Position numbers and translations under genes: made by a program
Notes under the pieces: model-generated
What the model was told of the DNA's origin: nothing
The model's input: only the letters and a program-made list of their open reading frames with translations
The model's database searches: none
Part shown: one piece after another, positions 24,539-36,528 of the stretch
Numbering within the stretch: the first letter of the stretch is position 1
Layout: each line of letters starts with the position of its first letter
From: Psammoneis japonica
Taxonomy: Eukaryota
Length of the DNA stretch: 64,000 nucleotides
NCBI GenBank assembly: GCA_008632985.1
Contig: QPGO01000267.1
Coordinates: forward strand, 1 to 64,000
Direction of reading: 5' to 3'

Positions 24539-25903
24539 TTATTCTTTGCCGCCAATGCCGTACAATCGGCGATCACCCCAAAGCCTGGGCAAAAGGCGAA
24601 ATGAACACAGCTCTCCGAATATCTCTAAAATACTAATGACCGATATGCCTGCCCATAGTCCCATTTGACCTCCAATGGCAGCGAGCAAGCCCGCAACGGT
24701 TTGTACCTTCCTCTCGGTAGAGATCTCTTCGCGAATCAAATCATAGTTGATTCTCACACCAACAACGTTCTCGCGGAACACATCTGTAGACACGTTCAAT
24801 CTCTGCTGTAGTTCTGTCAAATACGCATTGGCATATGGCACCGCGCTGGATTGAACGGTGTAGACCTTTTCGTGACAGGGTGGAGGGAGGCAGTCACAAT
24901 GCTTGATTTCCAGGCACAAGGCGACGTTGGAGTACAGATTGGCAGCGACTTTACTATTTCGCGACTGTCTCCTAGTCCTCTACATTTGCAGTTGGTGACG
25001 AGTGCAGTGTACCAACACTTTCCTTGACATTGTGATTGTGTGTAGTCCGAAGGTTTGGACCTGCAGGTTGACCAAGGCTTTGATGCTTCGCGAATGTACT
25101 CGGTAGATTTGACAAGAAGCAAATTGAGCTCTCCCGGCTTTACAAAAACATGAGGTACACGGGATGTAATCAATGCCCCTGGTTCCGTGATATAGATAAA
25201 AGCTCCCGCCATGGAGTTTCGTCTAGATACTCGGCTTGGTCCAGGTTTACAGTGAAGCTCAGCCCGCCAAATTCGCCGGGATCTTTCACCATCTCATCCG
25301 TGTTGAATACCCAACAGAGACCATTGTGAGTACTAAGGGTTTCCAAGCCTCTTTGACGGCGTTGATTCCAAATTGAATTTAGTGGTTCCACCAGCTTTAT
25401 CGAAGAAGTCTTCGATTGACTGAGAGATTGCATGCACCTGTTCGTCGTCAATTGGATAACGGACCCAGTGGCAGTCACTTTTGACTGTTGATACATGTTT
25501 GTATTGCAAATTGTTACCTGAGGAAACGGCAAGCTATCCGGAGCCCTGTGAGAGATCGAGCTTTCGGTATCGTACTAAAGTATTCCGCGATTAGCTCGGA
25601 TATAAACCAAATCATAATGCCGAAAAACGCAACGATGACAAAGGCCCACAAGAGGCGTTTCCACCTTTTGAAGGAGTCATGCTTTAACGCGTAGCAGATT
25701 CCATGCACTGAAGTTCCCTCGGACCAGGTTGTTAACACGTCAACAAGCGTGGGCAGCTTCGCGTTGGGTGATGAAGATTCTTCGCTGCCTTTCAAGGATT
25801 CCTTCCCTTCAGTGTTACCCATTGTAGCGGCGAAGTCATTATGAGTGTGGGAGCCTTCCTCGGTATCTTCAGTAGTGCACGTCTTGTTCATTTCGTCTTG
25901 CAT
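24539..25903 (-). CDS. DEG/ENaC (amiloride-sensitive/ASIC-like) channel subunit
   Basis: TSVHG pre-TM1 motif, TM1 KRLLWAF, FPQVTICN, GLCWVFN, Cys-rich thumb region and TM2 IGGQMGLWAGISVISILE. Split by several frameshifts. Confidence 0.9.
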
Positions 25904-26408
25904 TTCTAAAGAGAATAAGAATCAGAAATCGACGACGACAACAACTGCGTGAGCATGAGATGATTCGCTCTGCGCTACATATAAAGGAATGAGGCCATGA
26001 GGCTGACGGATTGCGTTCATGACCACCTCTCTTCTTCGGCGGGAAATTCTGGCATCAAAATTTCGAAAATTTCGTGCACATACATATCATAATAATAAAT
26101 AAACACAGAAGCTAATATAATCAAATTGACTATCTAACATATTCAGTAACATATACTATATAACCGGGCGGGGTGACATCGGCGGCGAGCTCCATCCAGC
26201 GTGGCGTGCGGTGAGTTTGTTCAGAAGAACTATCATCATTTTCTCTACGGGTAGTTGCTACTCTAGCTAGTGATACGTACGGTAGACAAGCTCTATAGAC
26301 GTACTGATATCTGAATTATCATGCGCTATAGTTGCTGTTATGGTACTCCCGAGTTAAATAGTCGGGAGCATGGTATTCGTACCGTACGACATGCCTGACC
26401 TAATCCTT

Positions 26409-27590
26409 TTAAGTGATTTGTCTGTTTTCGTCTTCAATTTGAAGAACCAATTCATGATCATGTTGAACGCCACCGGCTCCCTGCTGCTCCTCTTCATCTG
26501 ATTCATTTCGTGTTCGTTCTTCAGCTTCGCGCTCGGCTTCCCGGAGCAACTCATGAAACTGCCAAGCTCGAAGACAACATAATATCCAAACCAAAATCGG
26601 AAGCAGCATCCCAAAGAATGCCGTGGAATAATTGGTCGCCATGTCGACTTCTTCTTCCTTGGATTCTTCATCCTCTTTTAACTGCCTGATATTGAGGTAG
26701 TAGTAGAACGCATTCCAAGCCACACCGACGCCGATTGTCCCGTACAAGTACACCTTTGCCAATTGCAGCGTGTTTTCTGTTGTTGCCCGAATGCCAAGCA
26801 TCGCCACATAAAATCCGACTGCGTTAATAACCAAGTCGAAATAATCCGAAGTCCGCCAAGGTCTAATCTGGGATTGATCATGATTTGTCGGATCGGTAGG
26901 CTGTCCCGGGGGCGTGTCATCATCGCCACTGTCTTCAGGACCGCCCATCATGATTGTAAAGAGTTGTAAGAGTTCCATCGAGGACATTATCAAAAGCAAC
27001 AAGCACATGAGCTTGACACGATGTTGTGCTTCAAACACTTCATCTGACGCCAAAACCAAAATTTGCGACCGTCGTTCCGCTTCATCGGGGTCTAATACAA
27101 TACGTGGTACGTGTGCACCACCCGTTTCAGTCGAGTCTTCGTCTGGCTCCTCCTCATCGTCACATCCGCCCACCACAACATTGGGCTTTGGAAACAAATG
27201 AACAATGACCTTATCTGCCGCAATACCATTGTCTCGTAACGTTGAGTCATCCGCCAGCATTTTACCGTGGTAAATCAATCGCTGAGAAGCCGTGGGAACC
27301 TTGTGTACCGACACACCTCGGTTCTTAAATTCCTCCACCGTCCAATCCGGATTTGCCTTCACATTAAATTTTGACTGTGCCGGGTCTAGTACCACGACTG
27401 CAATGAAATCCTTCTCGTCATCATCGTCCTCCTCTACCAGTGGAGGAGGTTCCAACGTGAGCGACTCGGCTTCGGGATCGAGCGGGTCGTGCAGCGAAAC
27501 GGATGCCTGATCTTCTTCTTGTTCCACAACATCACCTGAAGATGAAACTCGGGTATATGCCCGACGATTGGAACGGCCTTGTCTTGCCAT
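26409..27590 (-). CDS. Ubiquitin-like-domain multi-pass membrane protein
   Basis: 393-aa ORF with UBL motif QRLIYHGKMLADDSTLRDNGI, four hydrophobic segments and acidic linkers. Confidence 0.85.
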   Translation of the reverse strand: MARQGRSNRRAYTRVSSSGDVVEQEEDQASVSLHDPLDPEAESLTLEPPPLVEEDDDDEKDFIAVVVLDPAQSKFNVKANPDWTVEEFKNRGVSVHKVPTASQRLIYHGKMLADDSTLRDNGIAADKVIVHLFPKPNVVVGGCDDEEEPDEDSTETGGAHVPRIVLDPDEAERRSQILVLASDEVFEAQHRVKLMCLLLLIMSSMELLQLFTIMMGGPEDSGDDDTPPGQPTDPTNHDQSQIRPWRTSDYFDLVINAVGFYVAMLGIRATTENTLQLAKVYLYGTIGVGVAWNAFYYYLNIRQLKEDEESKEEEVDMATNYSTAFFGMLLPILVWILCCLRAWQFHELLREAEREAEERTRNESDEEEQQGAGGVQHDHELVLQIEDENRQIT

Positions 27591-28065
27591 TGCAACTGTT
27601 TTAAAAAGCGTCTTTAGGAAAACACGAAAAGAGAAAGTTGGAATTTACAGGGCGCTGTCCTGTACCAACGTGATAAAATATGGAACTGAGATAGCGAGTC
27701 GCAGCGAAGCCCTTGTCACCGACCGTATTGACTCAGACTGTGCAACGCTTCGTCTTTTTATGATGTCTTGGTGCGCAGTGTTTGCAAGAGCAGTGTCCCT
27801 TTCTCCAAATACCGCTTTATTGTTGGGTCCCACGAAGGTTGCTGCCGCGTGTTCAGTGTTGTCTGTTGTTGCATCAACACGCGCGACTCCGCTCCTTGCA
27901 TGCTGTGAACGGACACGCACGGGAGCAACGGCGAGCGAAAAAAATCGACAAACGAACACTACAACGTCAAGATGACGTCATTTTAGAACATGTGCCCACC
28001 CACCGCCCCCGCCCGCCCACTCTCTACAGTGATGACTGCTGCGCAAGCTGCGAAACTTCCCAGCC

Positions 28066-28240
28066 TGCAAGATCTAGCTTGAGATGACTTGATAAAAGTT
28101 GTGGGAGAACCGAGGAGAGACCCCATCATCGCTGATGCAGCCCAAACCTAACGGTTTCCCGCATGTCTGACATGTTGGTTAACATGCATGCACCAGAGAG
28201 GGCACACTCGGTCATAGAGTGAGTGCGCCTGTCTCATTCA
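28066..28240 (-). repeat. Gypsy 3' LTR
   Basis: Colinear with 33499-33673 and adjacent to the PPT. Confidence 0.97.
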
Positions 28241-28347
28241 CTCTTCCCCTCCATGGTGCAAGGAACACGTGCACCATTGGAACCACTTGACTAAAATTCA
28301 AACCCACTGGGCACGGAGAAGGGAACCCAGACATTGGGAAGAAACCC

Positions 28348-31300
28348 TCAACTCCGATGCGGCACCACACGGCGAACATTGATTCGCTCGACAACGTGCG
28401 GTGCTCGCAGCACCGAAATGGTCCCGTTGGCGTGGACTTGTGCAATTCGAAATGGACCACAAGCTCGTTCTTCCAACTTCGAAGGATCCACCGACTTGAT
28501 CAACACATCTTGACCAACCAGACAATCGCAGAGGAGTGTCGCTTCGCATTCTGTCATCGTAGATTCTCGTCGATCAACACTTGTCGGTTGGCTTGTGTCG
28601 TTGCGAGGTTGGAGATGACAGGCAGGTCCAAAATCACATCACGTTGAAACACTGGAGCTCCACTTGAAACACCCACAGACCTTGAGTGGGAGCATCGCAA
28701 AGCATGAGAGGCTGTGGCAAGGGCATCGTCCACAATCTGCTCGGCCTGTTGAGCCTTTGAAGGTGGGTTGGCAAAAACCACAGCACGCAAGACATCAGCT
28801 GCCGTCTGGTGCATTCATTCACAACAGAGTTGGCTGTGGGATTTTGAGACGTGTCAGAGCATCAGCAACACCCGCTTGATTCAGTGGCATTTGGAATTCC
28901 CACCAATGAATTCTCCACCATTGTCATGGATGCATCGATTCGGTCTGGGACAACGAGCCAACCAAAGGTTGCGAAACTTGTTGTCACATGCTGAGAAGTT
29001 TTGTTGTCAATGCGCATGAGTTCAGTCAATCCAGTGACAGCATCAACACAAGTGAGAGTGCTGAATTCAATCTCTTGATCTTGAATCAGGATCTTCCATG
29101 GTCCAATGAGATCACTGCTGCTTCCATCCACGGAGCCAACGGCGCTTGACGTTGAGGCAACTCTCCACACCCAGGGCCCAGTTGTTTAAATGTTGACACG
29201 CATCGCAGACAAATTCATTGCAACATTGACGCAACGCAGGATGATGCATGTGAGTCCGAATGCTTCACACAATCGCACGACTCCCAATGGCCCAATGCAC
29301 GATGATGCCATGCAATGACATCCGGCAACAACGCAGCAGGAACACAAATCTTCCAGGCTCCAGGCAGATCATTCAAATGCAAACAACAACAAATCAGGGG
29401 ACGATGGTTCACAATCTTGACCACAAACTGCTGCAGATTTTGTTGTCTTTGCTGGTTCAGTTGGAGGTCTTTGAACTGGAACTGTTGGATCCTCAATGTC
29501 TCAGCAGGTTCAGCATCTCGTCCAGTGTTGGATGATTTAAAAAGCATTCAAACAATTCAGGCTGTCAAGCAGAGAGGAAAAGGCAGTGTGAGACTCATCA
29601 GAAGGATCAACAGGAGCATGGCAACACTTGAACCTGCAAGCGCCCAACTCCAAATCTTCCTCGTCCTTGGCCTTGGAATCCAACTTTTCAAAATGAACAT
29701 TTTTCCTTTGCGTTTCCCACTTGGCCCAAGGCTCTTCCCCTCCAAAGGCGGATCCACACGTGGCAGACAAGAAAAACAATCGGCAAGCACGTTTCCTTGC
29801 CTTCGACATGCTCAAACGCAGGTGCAAAATCTTCGAGGAACAGTGCCAACGAAGGACGCACTGTGTGTTCAAAGTGCGAAAGGTGAGATTTTTGTGATCA
29901 GCATGAACAGTGATGTCAGCACCGAGCAGCATCGAGTGAAATTCTTTGAAGCACATGACGACGGCAAGCAGTTCCTTTTCCATTGTCGAGCAGTTTTGTT
30001 GAGCCGCCGAAAGTTTCTTAGACCAGCACGCCACCGGTTTGCCATCTTGAACAATGGCGGCACCCATTTGGCAGTCTGATGCATCGGTGTAAACATGGAA
30101 TGGCAGGTTGTGGTCAGGGCAGGCCATCAATGCTTCCGCCGCGATCCTGCTTTCATCTGTCGAACGCTTTCTGACATGATTCCGTCCATTGGAACTGACT
30201 CTTGCCTGTCAATTCAGTCAGAGGTGCAAGCAGGTGAGAACGGCAAGGCCACATGTTACGACAATGAGTTGCTGCACTGAGAAACGATCGGAGTTGAGCA
30301 GTGTTCCGTGGAGGTTGCATTCGTAGAATCGCCTCGACTTTTTCTTCCACGGTTTGCTGCCAGTCGGAGCAAGCCAATGCCCCAAGAAATCGGTTTCTTG
30401 AACACACCACTCGCAATTCAACGGATTGACTTTTAAACCATTCTCTTCGAGACAATGGCACCTTGTCAAGACAAGAGAGATGGCAATCAAAGTCAGCATC
30501 AAATGCTCCAATGTCATCAACACAAGTTTCGACACCCAAACCATGAAGGATCTTTTCAATGATGGACTGAGCAATGTCTGGAGCTGGCTTCAATCCCACA
30601 GCCATGCGACAGCACTGAAACTTTCCACAGGGAGTTGCAATTGTGGCGAGCTCCTTGCTTTCATCGTCCAACTCCAAATTGCAGTAGAACACAGTGAGAT
30701 CCAATTTTGTGAAGAATTTGTAGCCCGCTCTTCATTGTAGCACATCTTGAACAACCGGCAGAGGATGCACTTTCCACTTGAGGACCTCATTGAGCTCCCA
30801 AAAATCTGATGCCCATCACACTCGACTGTCCTTCTTTGGAGTGATAAAAGCACCAGCTGCCCATTCCGCAGGTCCACATGGTTGCAGCACGCCGAGATTC
30901 ACCAAGTGCTTCAATTCCTTTTTGAACGCTTCTTCATTAACTCGAGCAACAGGAAACGGTTTTGAGTGACAAGGAACAGCATTTTCATCCACTTCAAGGT
31001 GCCTTTTCATGAGGACAGTGGCCCAATGTTCCGTCAAACAAAGTCGAATGCTTTTCCAACACCGCCAGCAGTTTCTTCTTTTGTTCTTCCATGAGATGGT
31101 CCAGATTCCGAACTGCCTCCGCCGGATCCGTCGCTTTGCACTTGGCATCGAGCATGCAGGTGTTGCATCCGCAGTCCGACTCTCTTCACAATCTTCATCA
31201 AATTCATCCATTCGGTCAAAGCAACACGCCAATTGCAGGACTTGGACCAATGACGAGGCTCCTTCATTGGGATTACGTGGTCTAACCAACGCAGCATTCT

Positions 31301-33190
31301 CGTGTCATAGTTCAAATTGAGGCCAATCTCACCAAGAAATCTTGACCCAAAATGACATCATGCGCACACGGAGCATCGAACACGTGAGCCACACAGCCGT
31401 CAATCCTCCTGGTCTTGTCAAATTCGGCAATGCAATGTCGCTCAAGGCCACCCAATGACCCGACTGGAAAGGACCTGCAACGGTTTGAAAAGCTCGGACT
31501 CCATGTTCATCAATGGATGGCACGGCTCCTTGAGGTAAAACTTGAGACGAGATCATAGTGTGAGAACCACCTGAGTCAAACAAGACACGCATCACATGAT
31601 TCGACTCATGCTGCTGGATCAATTTTGCAACAAGCAGTGCAGATGGGACCAACGCAGCACGCGAGACTTGCGATTTCATTTTGGGGAGAGGAATGTGATG
31701 CTCAAATGCATCTTGATCGAACACGTCCCCCTCTTCATTCATGTGATTTTCTGTGGCATTTTCAAATTCAACAGGCAACAATTTGTCAGGATTTTCAAAA
31801 CAATCAAAAACAAAACATTCACCATTTCTTTCAGGCAAAACACAATCATTTTCATCAACAAGTGCTTCTCTCACAGGCAATTGGGAGCACTCAGTTCCGG
31901 AGCATTCAGCTCCTTCTTCTCAGAACTGCCGAGGAAACTGCCCATCTGGCTGAAACCTCACCACACCTCCATGATGTGGAGGGCCTCGTCTGATCACATC
32001 GAAATGGCGCACATCACCACAAGGAGCTTCTGAGCCTGGTTGTCATTGTTCACATTGTCTGCTTGAGCAGCACATCCGTCGGCCTGACCTTGGCCTCCAC
32101 GGTTGTTGTTTTCAACATGACAATGCTGACCACCACCTTGGTTGCCATTGTTGTTTTGGTGTCCATTGTTGTTGTTGTTGTTGTTGTTGTGACAGGTGCC
32201 ACGACCTCCTTGGCTCTGGTTGCCACGACCACCAAAGCATCCACCGCCTCCACGGCCTTGTCCACGGCCTCCTTGGAAACGACCTCCGCCTCAACCTCCA
32301 CTGCCACGGCCTCCTCCTCAACCGCCACGGTTTTGAGGCCCACGATGGTTGGGGTTGTTTGGTCATCATGACACTGGCCCCATGTGTGCCTTCCATGGTG
32401 CCACGGGACCGGACACGGATCATTCGCCTTTGGTTGGCCCTTGCCATCCTTCTTGTCTCGGTTGCCCTTTTTGTCACTAGAGTTCCCTCCGTTGCCATTG
32501 TTGGACTTGCGCTTCTTGTTGTCCTGACCATCAGTGAACACCTTCTCATTGCTCATGGGCTTGGACATCCACCATCGAGTCCGTAACAAGGTTCTTGCCC
32601 GCACGAATGCAAGACTGCTGCCAGGTCAAAGGGAAGGTGCAGAAGACAATGTTTTTCTGCTCCTGCTCTGTAAGTTCAGGAACGGTTCCAGGCAAACGGT
32701 CAGTGCAACGAAACAACATTTCCATGCGATCAATGTGAGTTTCTGATTCCGCTGAATGAGGCTTTTTGCAAGTGGGCAAATGCATCTTCATCGTGTCGCG
32801 AGCTGTTGGTTTCACGCAGCGCAAACAGCAAGCCGAGATGGCCTGATTGAATCGAGCCACCGTCCGTTGATTCTGTTGGATGCCCGTGGCAACATTCTGC
32901 CATTTTGCCTCTGCAGCACCCTGAAGACAATCCTCGAAAGCATCAAACAATTCTGGTCCGGTGTCACAGTCGAGCTGTCTTGCCACCTTCCGGAACCCAT
33001 CCTCCACCGTGCAACAATGATTCAATTCCATGCTCTCCTGTGAAAATGGGACACATTTTTGAAAGTTTAGCACCATCATCAAAGGTTTGAGTGAGCTTCA
33101 CTTCCTGCAATTCTGAATCCATGAATTTGGTCTTACACTCAATGCACGCTTTCTCCAAGGCTTCTTGACACATGGCAATGAACAATTTCA
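28348..33190 (-). pseudogene. Gypsy gag-pol relic
   Basis: Gag knuckle CPVPWHHGRHTWGQC. Protease VLFDSGGSHT. RT FITPKKD, TKLD.., ETCVDDI. RNase [20 protein letters not shown]. Integrase DLIGPW and DNGGEF, with a GPF motif. Confidence 0.93.
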
Positions 33191-33498
33191 GCAATCAAAC
33201 AATCAACAATTCACAAGATGAACAAAACAAAGCATTCCCAATTGATCCACACAACGAGAACAATTGACAACCAAACAAGAACGAATTCAACAGCAGCAAC
33301 ACGAGCTTCAAGTTCAAATGAACGCTGCTCCAAATCGCCAATTTCACGAGCATGATTGCGCTGCGATTCTGATCAACTTCGAATGAAATTTTCTGCATGC
33401 GCTCGCAAACAGATTTTCTCTCTTCTCGACAACCCTCTTCGTGTTGTCATAAAACTGACAATGCAATGAACAAGCTGTGACAACGACTGTAATTGCAG

Positions 33499-33673
33499 TG
33501 CAAGATCTAGCTTGAGATGACTTGACAAAAGTTGTGGGAGAACCAAGGAGAGACCCCATCATTGCTGATGCAGCCCAAACCCAACGGTTTCCCATGTGTC
33601 CAATGCGCCAGTTAATGCGCATGTGTCAGAGAGGGCACACTCGGTCATAGAGTGCATGTGCCTGTCTCATTCA
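33499..33673 (-). repeat. Gypsy 5' LTR
   Basis: Colinear with 28066-28240. Confidence 0.97.
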
Positions 33674-34222
33674 CAGCCAACACCACTTTCACATGTCCCA
33701 ACTAAATGTCTCACCCATGGCACTGCCAGATTGTGCAGTCTCTGGCTGCAAAGTGACACACACACTCCAGCCCCAGGTGTGGGGGGGCGGGGGGGGGGGG
33801 GGGGGGGGGCACATTGTCAACTGTCAACCAACCAGTGCAAATGCAAACAACTTCCAACAGAAGAAGACACAGTTTTTTTTTAGCGAGTGACACCCCCGTG
33901 CTGCAAGTGCATCATTTCTCTAGTGTGGCAGCAAGCTGTGCCTTGCAAAGACACCAAAAAGCATGCTGGCAAAATGACAGCCAGCTCAGCTGCATCCTCA
34001 GAAATGAACAAAACCAAGTGCCCGCTCTCTCACACAAAATGGAGCTTGAAAAAGTTTTGCAAAAGAGCTCTGCTGTGCATGCAAAGCACCACTGCACCTC
34101 CCCCCCATTCTGACCCTCAAAGATGTGACTCTTCTGGCCTGCTTCCCCCTCCACAAGTGTTGACGAGGCTTCATTGTGCACTCAACAATGCTGGAGCTGA
34201 GTGACACCTTAAGTGGGGGAAC

Positions 34223-34990
34223 TTGATGCCATTGGAAGCAAAAAGCATCAAAAGTTTCATGGTGAGTGCACTGGATGTTCCCACCAATGATGAGCTCAAG
34301 TGTCACTTGGAGTGTTCTCTTGCAGGAAGGATTGAGTTAGAGTCACCTCGTTTCCTGAACAGAGCTGCCTTCTGTGAAGGTCTGTTGGACAAGATCAGCC
34401 ATGGCACGGATCCACTCAATGACAAAGACTGCTGTTTTCTCTGTGTGAGCTGGGTGCGCAATCAACTGTGGCACAGAGGAATGCATTTCCAAAACAGTTG
34501 ATGCCCTGAGATGTGCACGCACACTGAATGGCCTCGCGGACATGCGCCGCTTCATTGACGCTAGACTGAGAAAGGTGACAATCAACTTTTTGTGCACCAT
34601 TTGCAACAAAGTTGTGACCAGCATAAAGGGAGGTTGATTGTGCTGCCTTGTCTTCATGTGTTTCATCAATCTTGCCTCCGTCAGTGGCTGTCGATTGATC
34701 ACAGAAAGAAGAGCTGGAGCTGCCACAAAGCTGTCGCGCAAACGTTTCTGGCAATGCTCAAACCAACTGCACATCAACCAAGATGAACAGATCAGAACTC
34801 AGGTGGATGATTTGTTGCTCTTGGGTTCATGCACAAAATGCATGGTGTGGTTCTGTGAGCGAGATGTCAAAAACAAGTGCGTGCCTCCCAAGCCCATGTC
34901 AGTTGACCCAGCGGAAGTGCGGGCTTGCAACAAATTGATTGTGAAGGGCACTGCTGTCTTTGAGCACATCTCATTGGACATTTCTTGAGA
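34223..34990 (+). pseudogene. RING-H2 finger gene relic, TA-mutated
   Basis: CTIC (34591) followed, after a frameshift, by LPCLHVFHQSCLRQWL...SCHK. Confidence 0.65.
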
Positions 34991-35387
34991 CTGGGCCTCT
35001 GGCTCATGCAGATTCACTTTCTCACATTGGTGGTTTCCAGAAAAGGTCGAGCCAATTGTGCCGTTTTTGCCGTCCGGCCATTTGGCTTTCACTGCAGCAA
35101 GCAAAATGGTGCGGTGCTCTCTGGGAATGCCAGCATCAGGTGTCGCAGCAGCTGGAATAAAAAGCAAATAAAACAACTTTGACTACATTTTAGAACATGT
35201 GCCGATGGTGCATGTGGCAGCCCTACACATTTATAGGAGCGATGTAGGACAGAATGGGAACTGGAAGTCTGGACGGCGGCGCGGCGTCGCAGTCGTCGTC
35301 GTCTTGCCTTGGTCTTGCTTCATTTTTTGCGGGTCTCGTTGACAGACCACAGGCAGACCTCCTGTGTATGATATTGTTTTATTTATT

Positions 35388-35422
35388 TTGGCGGTTGGCG
35401 GTTGGCGGTTGGCGGTTGGCGG
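35388..35422 (+). repeat. (TTGGCGG)5 tandem repeat
   Basis: Five perfect 7-mers, ~65 bp upstream of the ATG at 35486. Confidence 0.95.
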
Positions 35423-35485
35423 CGGTTCTATTCCGTTGAAAGATCCGAAAGAGATGCACCCTGCACTCTGATCTGGCTTACAACC

Positions 35486-36528
35486 ATGACAGCGACTCAA
35501 GACACTGTTGTTGTTACAAGAGAACACGAGCATGGTGCAGACGAGAGCTTGTTGACACGAATGATAAAAGAAGCGTGGCGAGAAATCTCCTGGATTGATC
35601 GCATCTCTCTCGTTCTGTTCACTTTTCCTCCCTTGATTTTTCTAGGGCTTGGTCTCGCTCTCTCCAATCTTGCTCATCGCAAGAAACCAATATCCACTGA
35701 TGGTCCAACCCGGATCCAAAACGACGTCTACCAGCTCTACTACCGTGAACCCAACGAAGGCTGCAATTCCACTACTCTCCGAGACTCTGTCACTGGTTCT
35801 TTGCTCATTCATTCCGCTCCTCCTTGCACGGATGAAAACATAGTGCACATTGAAGCACTTGGCAAGATCGAGGTGCTCTTGGTACCATCCACGGCACACG
35901 ATTCTCACGCAGACGCGTGGTCTAAACGATATCCAGCTGCAAAGGTTTTGGCTCACCCACTGGCTGCACCTGAGCTCTCATGTCGCGTCGATGAAACATA
36001 TGATACACAAATGGGCAAGGAACTTATGAAAAAGTACGGCATTGTAGATTGGGTAGATCTGAGCCCTCACCAACGCTTTCCTGATGCCCATTTGCTGATA
36101 TCAAAGCCTGACAATGTCGGGCAAGAGCGGTGCCTTGTGTTGGCAGCGTGTGGTTTTCTTGGAGCAAGAAACACCAGATTGAGTATTCTGTTGTATCCAT
36201 TGGGATACCTGGCAGGATTAGGTGCGTTGACGAAAAGACAGTTGTGCTTTGGTCCATGTGACGGTTCAAATTTACTTTCTGGAATCGTTGCAAAATCCCT
36301 GACAGTTTTCTCTCCCACACTACCGGTATTCTGTATCTCGCAGGTGCTGGACGGGTTACCCGGCACGCCTGTCTTTTGTTCATCAAGGACTGCGACAGAG
36401 TGAAGCAAGACTGGACCGAGCTGGTCTCGCGCCCCTCGGTTGAGTTGGTTCTTTTCCAACACGGAGAACCATTGCCTGCCACTAGAGCGAAAGACTGGCT
36501 AGTGACTCGGAACCCGTTCAAGATATGA
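35486..36528 (+). CDS. DUF4336-like / metallo-beta-lactamase-fold protein with an N-terminal TM segment
   Basis: LLIHSAPP...LGKIEVLLVPSTAH...WSKRYPAAK. After an intron ending at ~36343, the last exon contains VLFQHGEP. Confidence 0.7.

Larger units (their letters stand above)
28066..33673 (-). mobile_element. Degenerate Ty3/Gypsy LTR retrotransposon
   Basis: 175-bp TG...CA LTRs at 28066-28240 and 33499-33673. TSD CAGCC at 28061-28065 and 33674-33678. PPT GGAGGGGAAGAG. Domain order gag-PR-RT-RNaseH-IN. Confidence 0.97.
27979..35203. mobile_element. Unclassified TA-depleted element hosting the Gypsy insertion
   Basis: 18-bp direct repeat cattttagaacatgtgcc at 27979-27996 and 35186-35203, coinciding with the edges of TA depletion. 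Confidence 0.55.

Noticed and set aside
33460..33498. Self-priming or tRNA PBS for the Gypsy element
   Set aside because: No complement was found in the LTR and no clear tRNA 3'-end match was recognisable by eye.
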